From the IMG/VR virus record IMGVR_UViG_3300025084_000006: a DNA stretch of 64,000 bases; one strand, written 5' to 3'. The notes beneath the pieces are model-generated. The model searched no databases and had not been told where the DNA came from. It saw only the letters and a list, made by a program, of their open reading frames with translations. Of this stretch, positions 1 through 10,400 are shown piece after piece. This DNA is from a virus. The number at the start of each line of letters is the position of its first letter. Position 1 is the first letter of the stretch. A program made the translations under genes and the position numbers.

Positions 1-2412
1 AAGTCCATGACTAGTTACTGTAAATGTAGCGATGCCAGTAGCAGGATCATAGTCTACATCAGTTGGAGTAAGTGTAGAATCTGGAGTGCCACCAATTTCG
101 TAGACAGAATAATATTCTTTCTTAAATTGATCATTAACTTTTCCAACAACTTCATCTGCAATAAATTCTACGTTGTTTCTAATTTGCAAACAAGCATCTT
201 GAAATCTTCTGGCAACAGGTGTTGCCATTGGGAATCTATTAGGAGAGTTCAGCAAGGAGATGGTAATTGACTTACCATAACGTTTTACAGATGAAAATTG
301 ACCTGGATCAAAATTATCAGTTGTAGTAATCGTAGTTTTCTTGGGGATTACAAAACGTCTTGAACGACCATCAGCATCTTCCAGAACTTTGTAAATTCTT
401 TGCTTTCCATTCAGGAAAGATAGATCAGGAGAACTGGTAGGCATTCCCTCAATAACGATTTCATCTCCTTCCTTAAAATCATGAGTGTTCTGCCTACCAA
501 CCAAAGCATTGGTGTAGAATATAATACCACCATTATCTTCTACAACATTAGGGTCTTGGAAACCACCAGTTGAAACTTCTGCAGTGCCTTGCTTGGAGAA
601 ATCAATTCTTACGAGAGGTAGAGCATCAGTAATGTTGGTATCTTCAAAAACAACTTCGCCTTCTGCTCTAATTGATCTAATATCAGTAGATACAAATTCG
701 TATGCATCTCTAAGGAACGTAAGTTCTAGTGTATCGGGACCAGTAGCAACTGTTCCCGTAGTATGAATAGGAGATGATGCAGCAGAAGTACCAGCAACAG
801 CTACTTGATAAACATTATCAGTTGCCCAAACTAGTTGTCCAATTGTATATGATGTATTTGGAGTCCATTTGATAGACCCTGTACCACCAAACAAGAAAGT
901 TTCACCCGCTGTAAATGCGCCACTGGTAACAGAAAAATCAAGTTTACCAGAAATGTAAGCTTGTGGTCCAACGATAGATCCGAAGTTTACTTCATTAATA
1001 ATACCTTCAGCACCAGTGTTGATACCTTTGACTGCTAAATTTGATGTAAGATTTGCAAGACCTGTGTTTGTTTGGAAGTCTGCACGGAATTTTTCTGGTC
1101 CAAAGATTTGTGTACCAATTGGGAAAGAGGTTCCGAAATCTCCATTTGCTGTATAGTCATAATTGATTCTTTGCTTGTCGTCAAAGACCATCGCAAAGTC
1201 CCAAGTTGCTACTGCATCTCCAGTAGAGTCAACTTGGTCGCGATACGTAACACCAATGACATAGTTCTTGTCACCGAACTTGAAGATGTGCTTCCTTGGG
1301 TTAGCAGGACGAATGATAACCAAACGTAGGTTATCACCAACAACTGATGCATCAGGTGGTAGTGAAATTGGATTATCTTCTACGTAATCACCACCAGAAA
1401 CAATAAGAGTCTCCTTGACACCAGGAGTTGCCCATGCAAGTTGTGCTGCCTTCTTGATTGTTCTAACAGGAGCAACAGCAGAACGACCATCGTTTAGGTC
1501 AGAACCAATCTGTGCTGAAACGTAAATACGACCACCAACGTCATTCGTTGCTAGGTTGAGGACGTATTCTGTGGTTGCAATTTTAGTAGATCTATCACCA
1601 AGTAGAGGTGTGATAGAACGAGGGAACTCTCCAGATTCTCCAGTCTCATTATACTGGAACGCTGAAGGATCAGTTACTCTAAAACCAATATGCTTGAATT
1701 GAACTTCATTGTTGGTTTCAATACCATCTTTATGTAGAGGTGGTACAGTTCCCGTTTCACCAGCATTCAGTGCTTGATAAACGTTTGGACCCCTATACCT
1801 ATAAGCATCTTTCTGAACAATAGTTTGGGCAGTCCATGGGATGCCCGTGTTGTTCATATAAGTTTTCAGATCAGGTGCTCTAAACTTAGCATCTGGAGTG
1901 ATAAAGTTATCAATATCTAGGTTTAGAATTCTCGCCGTGTCTGAAATGATCGACGTAGATGTTCTAATAGCACCATTAATGTCAAGTTCAAAATCAACAG
2001 TATCAAGGAATGCCTCGACTTGAGCACCTGTACCATTACCACCAGTAATTGTTACGGCAGGAGCAGTGATGTATCCTTTACCAGGATTGTCAATAAGAAC
2101 GGCAGTAACAAAACCTTCATCAATAATTGCAGAACCTACTGCTTGAGTACCACCAGCTGGTGGTGGAGCAATATTAACAGTTGGTTGAATAGTGTATCCA
2201 GTACCACCTAAATTTACTACAACTCTGTCAATTCTATTTCCAGTCCTATTGATACCGACTCGCGGCAAGTCTGTCCCTGGATCAAGTAGAGTTCTGAGTA
2301 CTTCCTTTTCGTCAGAACCAGAACCTGCCCTAATGGATAATTCTTGAGATCCAATTAGAGTAGGAGCAATGGCTCTAATAGTTTCTCTGTCGGAATTTAA
2401 CTGAAAACTCAT
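1..2412 (-). CDS. Large virion structural protein, N-terminal 804 codons (runs off the left edge; absent from the ORF track)
   Basis: ATG at 2412 reads MSFQLNSDRETIRAIAPTLIG... and stays open in the parts I translated. It contains GGRIYVSAQIGSDLNDGRS..PVRTIKKA and GDYVEDNPISLP..SVVGDNLR (beta-helix start typical of cyanophage structural proteins) plus CBM-like W-x-P/A-x-T...VYQ repeats. A late promoter lies upstream. Confidence 0.85.
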   Translation of the reverse strand, partial: MSFQLNSDRETIRAIAPTLIGSQELSIRAGSGSDEKEVLRTLLDPGTDLPRVGINRTGNRIDRVVVNLGGTGYTIQPTVNIAPPPAGGTQAVGSAIIDEGFVTAVLIDNPGKGYITAPAVTITGGNGTGAQVEAFLDTVDFELDINGAIRTSTSIISDTARILNLDIDNFITPDAKFRAPDLKTYMNNTGIPWTAQTIVQKDAYRYRGPNVYQALNAGETGTVPPLHKDGIETNNEVQFKHIGFRVTDPSAFQYNETGESGEFPRSITPLLGDRSTKIATTEYVLNLATNDVGGRIYVSAQIGSDLNDGRSAVAPVRTIKKAAQLAWATPGVKETLIVSGGDYVEDNPISLPPDASVVGDNLRLVIIRPANPRKHIFKFGDKNYVIGVTYRDQVDSTGDAVATWDFAMVFDDKQRINYDYTANGDFGTSFPIGTQIFGPEKFRADFQTNTGLANLTSNLAVKGINTGAEGIINEVNFGSIVGPQAYISGKLDFSVTSGAFTAGETFLFGGTGSIKWTPNTSYTIGQLVWATDNVYQVAVAGTSAASSPIHTTGTVATGPDTLELTFLRDAYEFVSTDIRSIRAEGEVVFEDTNITDALPLVRIDFSKQGTAEVSTGGFQDPNVVEDNGGIIFYTNALVGRQNTHDFKEGDEIVIEGMPTSSPDLSFLNGKQRIYKVLEDADGRSRRFVIPKKTTITTTDNFDPGQFSSVKRYGKSITISLLNSPNRFPMATPVARRFQDACLQIRNNVEFIADEVVGKVNDQFKKEYYSVYEIGGTPDSTLTPTDVDYDPATGIATFTVTSHGL

Positions 2413-2451
2413 TTCTTACTCAGCCTTTGCCGTAGGTTTTATTCTCTTATC

Positions 2452-2458
2452 TATTTAG
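2452..2458 (-). promoter_or_regulatory. T4-type late promoter (CTAAATA)
   Basis: tatttag on the + strand, intergenic, about 40 nt upstream of ATG 2412. Confidence 0.65.
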
Positions 2459-2460
2459 CA

Positions 2461-2970
2461 TCAAGTCCATTGAATGCTAACAACTCTAGCGTATGCAATC
2501 CACTTGATAGAAATGGTTGTACCTGCTCTAGAAGTTGTATAACTAAATGAATTTGAAGAACCACCAACAAAAGGATTAATAGTCCAAGTTTGACCTTGCG
2601 GAACAGTATCTTTTATGATAGTGGTCATTGTTGACATTTCTGCTAAACTACCAGCAGAATTTACAGAAATAGCACTTTCCATTTTCTGTAGTAAATTTCC
2701 TCCACCAGAATCATTCACTCCAACAATAGTAGATTCAATAAAATTAATAGTATTGTCTGGTAGAAAAATTTGACCACCAGTATCATTAATTTCAAGAATA
2801 GACGTGTTAAGTCCTCTCATAATATAATGCTCTGTATAACTATCTGCAAAAAAAGAATTTTTTACCTGCAGACTATTAACATTTTTGATATCAAAAGTTT
2901 CGTTAACAATAGTGGTATTGTCAACAGAAAAACCTCCTAGCGAATCTAAATTTTGTAAATTAGATGCCAT
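2461..2970 (-). CDS. Hypothetical virion-associated protein (169 aa)
   Basis: ORF in the structural operon, 2 nt from the upstream gene, beta-rich composition. Confidence 0.75.
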   Translation of the reverse strand: MASNLQNLDSLGGFSVDNTTIVNETFDIKNVNSLQVKNSFFADSYTEHYIMRGLNTSILEINDTGGQIFLPDNTINFIESTIVGVNDSGGGNLLQKMESAISVNSAGSLAEMSTMTTIIKDTVPQGQTWTINPFVGGSSNSFSYTTSRAGTTISIKWIAYARVVSIQWT

Positions 2971-2972
2971 TT

Positions 2973-5900
2973 TTACCTCTTAGTTACTTGATTGACGACT
3001 GTAACGTCTACTACATTACCTGTATTTAAATTCGTATCCAATGTATATGTAATGCGAACATCACTATTAGCATCAAAGTCGAATTCGACTGAAACAATTT
3101 CTTGTCCAGTCTTAAGATTATTATATTCAGTATATGAAATATCAGTGCCGTTATCAATAACAGCAAACTCTAAAAATTCTTTGTTTCCAGAAGTTTTATT
3201 ATGTGCTGTTAGTGTTACCTTTGCCGATGCTTCTACTGCAGGATTATAAAGAACTGTGGCACCTTGATCAATAGTATCTTTAACTAGATTACTTTGCTCA
3301 GTGCGAACTGCAAATTTTTGTAGTTCAAATGCACTCAGTTCGCTATCAAGAATCTTGAGATCATTGTAATTTCCTGTTCCAAAACCTAAGTTGAAGAATA
3401 CATCTCCGTCAGCTGTAAGTCTGACCAATGTATCTGTAGTCAAACCAGCAGATAAACCTAAATCAAAATTTTGTTTTGTGCAAAATAAGAAGGTAGAGTC
3501 AGCACTCGTATTATCAAGCGTAGTTGCGAGATTATCAAATGTAACTTTATTTGCATTAATATTAAGCAAATCTTTGATACCACCTGCTCCCAAAGAAGTG
3601 ATGGTATCAATGTCACGAAACTCTAATGCATTTTCAGTAAGTTGCAGGGTGTTCAGACCATTATTATAGAAGTATAGAATATTTTCATTTGCGCCAGGAG
3701 CAGTTTCAGGAATAATGTAAGTGTTCTGATCAACGTCTTTAACACCACCGAGAGATCCCCACTGAGATCCATCATAACCTTCATATGTTAGGTCACTTGT
3801 GTTATAGCGAATAGAACCTGTCTCGGCATTTCCTCTAGAGTTGGAGTCTCCAACTGGAACTACAAGAGATGTGTTGGAATCAATTTTAACTTTTTGTCCT
3901 GGATTTGGAACAAACTCAAGGTCGCTAACATTAGTAGAAATTGTATTGTTAAACAATTTCAAATCGCCATTAATCTCTAGAGGAATTGGATTGCTTGAAC
4001 CAATCCTAACAATCTCAACTTCATTAAAGTCAATTGGAGCAACTGCTAGAGAATCAAATTTAAGAACAGAACTACCATTATTGAAATTATTTCCAGTAGT
4101 ATTTCTAGGTTCATTACCTGATGTTCCAGTAACACCAGCAGTTACTACCTCAAATAGATTCAAACCAAACTTTAGATATTCTCCTTGAGTAACAGGAGTA
4201 TTTGTGTTCCAATTTCTATTGTCTGGTGCCCCAATTCTAGTAGATTTAATATCTTTAGTTGTAAAGAAATCAAGGAAGTTTCTGTCCAACTTCATTGTTG
4301 TGACAGCATCATTAACGAAATAAAGTGTATTATCGTTAGCACCGATAAATTCTTCGGCAAGAATAAAGGTATTTCCGTCTAGGTCACGTACACCACCAAG
4401 AGAATTCCATGCACCAGCAGTAGAACTATAACCCTCATACTGATTAGTATCTGTATTAAATCTAATCTGACCACTCTCTACAGAGAGCACACCAGGACGA
4501 TCATTTGTAGTACCAACAGGAATTGTAAATGCAGTTGTGGTATCAACTTTTGCAACTTTACCAAGACCAGGAGTTAGTACAATATCATCAAGAGAAGTTG
4601 TTGAAATATTGTTATTAACAATACTGAGTCTATCATTAACATTAAGTTTGGTAGTTGTTTTAATTTCTCCAGTAGTCTCAATTAAATTGAGAGCAGAATT
4701 TAATTTAATACCTGTACCAAATTTAACTTCAACAGCTTGCAATATAAGATCTGCTGCAGAAGTGAGATTTAAATTTCCTCCAGTAACAGCAATAATATTA
4801 GTTGAATTTAATGTATCGATAGTACCAAGAGGCGCAGTAGCACTTGTCGTGAAGGTTCCTTCGCCAATGGTTGAAGTTTCTGAAGTTAACTTAACAGCAT
4901 CAAAAATACCTAAGTTAATATCCGCACTAATAATATCATCAACATCAACAGATGAAACTAGAATTTCTAAATTAGAACCAAATACTTTAGGGTTGTTTAA
5001 ATCAATTGTATGTTCGCCACCCATTCCATTATGGTTCGGGCAATAATAATAAAGTGGATTTGGTGTTGCAGCGGTAATTGTAATTTGGTTTCCTGCTGCA
5101 CCCTGTACTACGCCATCAGTATATGCCGCACCAGAGAAACTTAGAGTTGCTGCTCCATCTGCTACAGCAGGTTCGGACATGGTAATTGTAGTACCAACAA
5201 CACTGGTAACGGTTGTTCCGATTGAAACACCACCAGGACCATCATCTGTAACAGCAACAATCATTCCTTCTAGAATACCAGTAGTACTACTAGCAGTAAA
5301 AGTATTTGAACCTACTGATAGCGTAGTAGTAATATTTTCAACAACATTCCTAGTTCCATCAGGATGCTGCGAGAAACTCATTGGGTGAACTGAAAAACTT
5401 CCATCAGATTGATTGAAGTAGTATGTGTTACCTGAGTATAGTGTGTAATTTGGTTGGAGATTTGATCCGTTTCCATCATCAATATAAAATCTTCCTGCAG
5501 GATCGTAAGTAACAACTGTGAATACTCCAGAACTATTAATACCGAATTCAGCACCTGCATCTAATTGAGTAGCAGACCCTGCGATAAATCCAGTTGCCGC
5601 ACCAGGACTTCCTGCAGTGATAGCAATGACTTCCATGTCTTCGCCATATTCTGCAGGTGTTCCTGCTTCGGTATCAGGTGGAGTGTATCCGTTAATTACA
5701 CTACCAACGCTAACATTAATTGGAGAAGCAACAGTAAGTAACTGACCAGGAAATACTATAGTCTCGTATTCAAGTGGTTGAGTAACACTGAGTGGGTTAA
5801 TTGTTAGTACATCACCAACAGCATAACCATTACCTTCACCCGAAGATGATAAAGTTCCTGTAGTAACAACACCAACAGCATCAATTTCAAAGTTAAATCC

Positions 5901-7241
5901 ACTACCAGATCCGTATGGTGGAGCGATAGTAAATGTAACTCCTGCTTGAGCACCACCTACTGGTGCTGGATCTAAAGTAATAACATTCAGATCGTAATCA
6001 ATGCCACCAACAACGCCAGTATATCCACCACCAGTAACAATACCACCATTAATTACATCACTTGCGTCACTAACAGTTATAGTGTCAACAGGATCACTAG
6101 TAAAATCAATAGTTGCAGTACCAGCTACTGTTGGCAACTCAGATAGTTGAATAGTGGTTCCATTAATAACACTTTGTACAACTGAACTTCCTTCAATAGC
6201 GCCATCCCCACCAGTCTGGGTAGCAATCATTCCATTAACAATACCAGTAGTTGAGGATACTGTAATGTTTGCACTAGCAGTACTAACTGTAGTCGAAAGA
6301 CCAGTTACCGCACCAGGCAAATCTGCTGTTTTAGTTATAGAACCAGGAGTTGTTAGATTGTTTCCAACTGCGTGACCAGATCCTTTTTCTTGAAAAGTTA
6401 AAGTTGCTACATCAACTTCATTAACGTTATTACTAATAGTTAATTGAATGCCAGAACCACCACTCTGTGACTCTAGTCCTGTAGCTTCATCAATATAAGT
6501 TAGCGTCGTGTTATCAATTGTAAATGTATCGGATGAATCGTGACCACTTCCTGTTTCGTCTACAGAAACAGATGTCAATACACCACCAGCAACAATTAGT
6601 GTTACAACTAAACCAGTTCCATTTCCAGATGATACTGGTTCAACAGAACCATATTCATTATCATCATAACCACTACCAGCGTTTCCAATTGCAATTACTG
6701 GTGCGGCAGTAGAAAACGAGACCTGAACTCCAGAACCACTACCATCAGTAACTAAAGGAATATCACTATAATCTCCTGAAAGATAGTTATTACCATTATT
6801 AGTTACAGATCCATTAAACGCTTCAACAACTATGTCAATTAAACCATTAGAACCAGAACCACCTGTTAGGTCAAGACCAGTATATACACCTGGATCATAA
6901 TTCTGACCTTCATCCTGAATAGTAAGACCAGAATTCAATAGAATTCTTTTTCTAATATAAAGATCTTGGAAAGAGTAAATACCATCTGGTCTATAGTTGA
7001 TAATATCTTTACCAGCAGCAACAAAACCAATCTCTTGTGATGCTGGTTTGTATAAACCTAAAGTTCCTTCACTAGTGAATGCCAGAGAAGGAGCTGTTTT
7101 AGTTCCGTCTCCTAGTTTTAATTCTCCAGTAGCCAGGTCACTACCACCAGCCGAAATATTGAAAATTTGCGTTCCAATATTATTGATCTTCTGCCTTTGA
7201 ATCTCAAAGGTATCTGTTTTTGCGACGTTAATTGCTGGCAT
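2973..7241 (-). CDS. Large virion structural protein (1422 aa) with G/S/T-rich beta repeats and a cupredoxin-like motif
   Basis: N-terminus MPAINVAKTDTFEIQRQKIN; two IRF/YNT..YEGY..W.SLGGV.D.D repeats; LYYYCPNHNGMG motif. Confidence 0.8.
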   Translation of the reverse strand: MPAINVAKTDTFEIQRQKINNIGTQIFNISAGGSDLATGELKLGDGTKTAPSLAFTSEGTLGLYKPASQEIGFVAAGKDIINYRPDGIYSFQDLYIRKRILLNSGLTIQDEGQNYDPGVYTGLDLTGGSGSNGLIDIVVEAFNGSVTNNGNNYLSGDYSDIPLVTDGSGSGVQVSFSTAAPVIAIGNAGSGYDDNEYGSVEPVSSGNGTGLVVTLIVAGGVLTSVSVDETGSGHDSSDTFTIDNTTLTYIDEATGLESQSGGSGIQLTISNNVNEVDVATLTFQEKGSGHAVGNNLTTPGSITKTADLPGAVTGLSTTVSTASANITVSSTTGIVNGMIATQTGGDGAIEGSSVVQSVINGTTIQLSELPTVAGTATIDFTSDPVDTITVSDASDVINGGIVTGGGYTGVVGGIDYDLNVITLDPAPVGGAQAGVTFTIAPPYGSGSGFNFEIDAVGVVTTGTLSSSGEGNGYAVGDVLTINPLSVTQPLEYETIVFPGQLLTVASPINVSVGSVINGYTPPDTEAGTPAEYGEDMEVIAITAGSPGAATGFIAGSATQLDAGAEFGINSSGVFTVVTYDPAGRFYIDDGNGSNLQPNYTLYSGNTYYFNQSDGSFSVHPMSFSQHPDGTRNVVENITTTLSVGSNTFTASSTTGILEGMIVAVTDDGPGGVSIGTTVTSVVGTTITMSEPAVADGAATLSFSGAAYTDGVVQGAAGNQITITAATPNPLYYYCPNHNGMGGEHTIDLNNPKVFGSNLEILVSSVDVDDIISADINLGIFDAVKLTSETSTIGEGTFTTSATAPLGTIDTLNSTNIIAVTGGNLNLTSAADLILQAVEVKFGTGIKLNSALNLIETTGEIKTTTKLNVNDRLSIVNNNISTTSLDDIVLTPGLGKVAKVDTTTAFTIPVGTTNDRPGVLSVESGQIRFNTDTNQYEGYSSTAGAWNSLGGVRDLDGNTFILAEEFIGANDNTLYFVNDAVTTMKLDRNFLDFFTTKDIKSTRIGAPDNRNWNTNTPVTQGEYLKFGLNLFEVVTAGVTGTSGNEPRNTTGNNFNNGSSVLKFDSLAVAPIDFNEVEIVRIGSSNPIPLEINGDLKLFNNTISTNVSDLEFVPNPGQKVKIDSNTSLVVPVGDSNSRGNAETGSIRYNTSDLTYEGYDGSQWGSLGGVKDVDQNTYIIPETAPGANENILYFYNNGLNTLQLTENALEFRDIDTITSLGAGGIKDLLNINANKVTFDNLATTLDNTSADSTFLFCTKQNFDLGLSAGLTTDTLVRLTADGDVFFNLGFGTGNYNDLKILDSELSAFELQKFAVRTEQSNLVKDTIDQGATVLYNPAVEASAKVTLTAHNKTSGNKEFLEFAVIDNGTDISYTEYNNLKTGQEIVSVEFDFDANSDVRITYTLDTNLNTGNVVDVTVVNQVTKR

Positions 7242-7422
7242 TTCTTAATATCTCTCTAAGAAGATGTTTAATATCAGATAGTTCTTCCTTCAATGTATTT
7301 ATGTCAGTCCGCATTCCTTTGATTGTATGGGATGCGGTCTTATTAGGAGACGATCGTGTAGTTACAATCGCCCCCGAATCTGGGTCTCGATAAAGACCAT
7401 CATGACCTTCAACCTTTATCAT
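7228..7422 (-). CDS. Conserved cyanophage small protein (64 aa)
   Basis: IKVEGHDGLYRDPDSGAIV motif plus C-terminal coiled coil; ATGA overlap with the upstream gene. Confidence 0.8.
   Translation of the reverse strand: MIKVEGHDGLYRDPDSGAIVTTRSSPNKTASHTIKGMRTDINTLKEELSDIKHLLREILRNASN
7296..7302 (-). promoter_or_regulatory. Late promoter (ATAAATA) inside the small ORF, serving the 1422-aa gene
   Basis: tatttat about 55 nt upstream of ATG 7241. Confidence 0.5.
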
Positions 7423-10400
7423 ACCGAAGCAACTACTCTAATATCCTGAATTTTGGGTACATATGCAGGATCATCAGATGACATGGTAACTTTGACACCA
7501 AACGAAATAAAGTCATCTAAGTTGTCAACACTATATCTGAACTCTTGATAAGCAGATTGTTCTTCTTTCTGAGCGGAGATAGTATTTTGTGGAGTTGCAT
7601 TCTCTGGATTGATAGGCATACCAGTATCATTAAATAGAATCCATTCAATATCCTCAAATTTCTTCTGAACAGAAGTTGTTTTTGTTTTGTAGGATAGTTT
7701 AATATTTTCAGAATTTGATACGTTTGCAGTAATGATAACATCAATTCCTGATGCTTGAGTCTTAAGAGCAATTTCTTTTGTGGTGTACTTAGCAACAGCA
7801 GATGTTTCTTTAGCACTATTTTCAGGAACAAAGTCAACTCCATCAGTAAATCTCATAGATTTAATTTCGTATAACTTTTCATAACCTGCTATCAACCCAG
7901 ACCAGGAAACAAGATCACCAACTCTAAGAATATCAGATGCTTGATCTGCAACTTGCTGTGCTCTAACAAATGAACCAGATTTGTTATCTGAATTATAGTC
8001 AGAATTGACAGGTTCTTTATCATTTTCCAAAATCAATATTTGATTAGGAACATCCCAAGAAGTAACTGTTCCTGCAATTAAATTATCATAATTTGTCGTA
8101 GTGGCAGAAGGATTAATTGCTGTCACTAATTGATCAAAATTGAAGTTAGGTCTAATGAGTTGTGGTGCCGCCCCAGAAATTCTAATGGTGTCATTTTCAA
8201 AACTTTCACCTGCTTGCGATTGAATGGAGAAGAATAATTGCTCTCCAGATATAAAGTTGCTTTGATTTTTAACCTTGACAAGTATCGTGGAGTTTGATTG
8301 ATTCCAGAATACAATTTCTCCGCGAGCACCAGATGCCTCAATACCGCTTGCCTCGTAACCAACACCTTCTACTGTTTGTCCAAGACTTACGTCAACACTA
8401 TTACCAGCGACAACAAATGAATATACTGGGAAGAATTCTACAACTTGCAATCTCTTGCCATATCTTCCTTCCTTTCCTTTGGCATTCTCAACTCTATTAG
8501 AAGAAATTTTAATAGAAGAGGTATTTAAATCAATAATTGGAGAAAGATAAGATTTGTTGGATGATAGATTTAATCTGTAAGTAAGACTTCTTTCTAAATC
8601 ATTCATCAAAACATTAATATCAGAAGCAATTACTTTTTGATTAATAAAGAATTGCTCTTCATTTAGGAAAGTCTTCTCAAAATCTACTGGACCATATGAG
8701 TTATAGTTTTCAGTTGAAGAGTCAACAGCAATAACATCTGTTGATTTAACAAAAGTTTCGATGTTTGTAGAAGGAGACTGCAAGTAAGCAATCTGTGCTA
8801 ATAGTCTTTCATATTTTTTATTAGAAGCAATCAATCCATTTGCGCCGCCACCAGTAATTGTGTCTGCTGCTCTACCAATACCACTGATATTAAATGTGTC
8901 AAGACCAGCATTGGAAACTTTAAATAGAGTTGTATTCAAAGAACCTTGAGTGAATCCAGCAGTCGTATCTAAATTTTTAAAGAATACATACGAATTGTTT
9001 AAATCAAAACCATGATTTTTATGATTTACTTTAATAATGTTATTGTTATTTTTAAAGAGAGATGATGTTGCATTGGCATTAGCAAATGCATATGTTTCTA
9101 GAGGATTCTCGATCATGTTCTCATAACCTTGACTAATAGTTGTGAGATCAATGGATGCAGTATTAGAGATATCAAACTCTGCTCTGTATAGAGTAAATTT
9201 AATATCTTCAAATAGATCCTCTACCCAGGAACCAGTATTCTGTGATTTGTAAACAGATCCTAGTGATGGATTTGTGGTAACTGTTGTATTTGTAGCAATT
9301 TCAGTTTCACCTAACTTAGATACCCAAATGTTATAGTCTTTAGAATCAGTTTCTACAACTAGAGAATATTCTGTATTGTTTTGCAAGAATACAGGGTAGT
9401 CAAACATAAAGTTAGTTGGAGTTACTGATGGGATACCGCCATCCACATCTTCAGCAACACCCATTCTGACAGCAGGTTCTGTGATTTCAATTTCAGTTTC
9501 AATAGTAGCACCAGTGTTACCGATACCAGATCCTCTAATAACAACAGAAGGTGGTTCTGTATAACCTCTACCAGAAAGTGTAATTGTAGTGTCATAGATG
9601 AGACCATCAGATACTTTAACACTACCAGTAGCGTTACTGCCACCAGGAAGACTTGGAGACTCAATGGTGATAGTTGCAGAATCATAATTAGATCCTGTAT
9701 TAGTTACTTTCATTACAGAAACAACACCAGAGTCTTTTGCGATACGTGCAGAGATCTCTGTATTGTTTGCGTTATTGAATACTGTAATAGAGTTAAGTTT
9801 TAATTCCTCGTTTGCTATGAAAGCAGTACCATTGTTATTAGATAGAACAAAAGTATATACTTGTTCGTTATTTAATTGAATTTCATTATCTTCTGATACA
9901 GGAAGTTGGTTATTGTTCTTGTCTAAGATTTTAAGGATAGGACCAGAAGCATTGGTTGTTACACCAATAATATTTTCTTCCTTAATAACAGTTACAGAAG
10001 CTGATACATATGCTTTAACATAAGTATATGGTTCCTTGACAATTTCTGTGCCAGGAATAATATTTTTACCTGGTTTTTCTGAATCTACATCGGTAAGGTA
10101 TACTCTAATAGGAATAGAATCACTCTTCTTAGAAATGTATAGATCTACACCAGTAGCAAACACACCTTCATCATACTCTTCAACTTTAAATGTTTGTGCT
10201 AAAGGATTTGGTTTTTGCTCAACTTCGGTATTATTTGTAACCAATTGAGTTCCTTCATTTGCCTTGAAGTATGCTGGTTTCGTGGATACGATGCTAGCAG
10301 GATTATCGGGAAGAAGACCTGATGCATAGAACTTAGTTTCTGCAAATGTTTCTACATCTGCTTTGTTGCGGTTCGTTGCACTGGAAGTAAAGCGTAAAGT

